In this document: positions 32,000 to 32,000 of the stretch, one piece after another
Numbering within the stretch: position 1 is the first letter of the stretch
Layout of the letters: each line of letters begins with the position of its first letter
Origin: Erysipelothrix larvae
GTDB lineage: Bacteria; Bacillota_I; Bacilli_A; Erysipelotrichales; Erysipelotrichaceae
DNA length: 32,000 nucleotides
Direction: 5' to 3'
Assembly (NCBI RefSeq): GCF_001545095.1
Contig: NZ_CP013213.1
Coordinates: 1,560,001-1,592,000 of the forward strand
Program-made: the position numbers and the translations under genes
Notes under the pieces: model-generated
Databases searched by the model: none
What the model saw: only the letters and a program-made list of their open reading frames with translations
Told to the model about the DNA's origin: nothing

Positions 32000-32000
32000 A

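Overview
This is a low-GC (about 36-38%) Gram-positive chromosomal segment, probably Bacillota and possibly Erysipelotrichia-like; that taxon is a guess from protein style only. It is densely coded, mostly housekeeping and carbohydrate genes. I saw no rRNA, tRNA or CRISPR array, and no recognisable defence, toxin or secretion system.

Gene content, left to right:
- 5' end of a sugar ABC-transporter binding lipoprotein, with its LacI-family regulator
- a mini-GNAT and uppP
- a membrane-anchored serine protease plus phosphodiester-glycosidase operon
- a membrane GGDEF cyclase, divergent from an XRE-HTH protein carrying about 9 'LAPF' repeats
- a nucleotidyltransferase (DUF4037-like) plus Old Yellow Enzyme pair
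- a DtxR/MntR-type regulator, divergent from a psaBCA-like Mn ABC importer
- a GalNAc/GalN-type catabolic island: nagA, HAD, an AgaZ/GatZ-family protein, mannose-family PTS IIB-IIC-IID, an AraC regulator, yajC-like, IIA and agaS
- small membrane proteins with a DUF2089-like HTH, and an SDR
- a LicT/BglG-type antiterminator with a glucose-family PTS EIICB
- a 2.5-kb ISL3-type insertion sequence
- a GT4 glycosyltransferase, a VOC/PhnB-like protein and an alpha/beta hydrolase

Observations most worth a second look:
1. The IS lies exactly in the loop of a RAT/terminator antitermination leader. It has an 8-bp target duplication, ACTATTTG. It separates promoter+RAT from the terminator 3' arm and the PTS EIICB gene by 2.5 kb.
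2. The aga-type island has AgaS and an AgaZ-family protein but no tagatose-6-P kinase or catalytic aldolase. This suggests a tagatose-6-P 4-epimerase shunt.
3. An 18-nt box recurs at the aga promoters next to the AraC regulator.
4. The XRE-HTH/LAPF-repeat solenoid protein has no family I can name.
5. A terminator-type attenuator sits immediately upstream of uppP.

All family calls come from reading the translations and motifs by eye. No database search was run.
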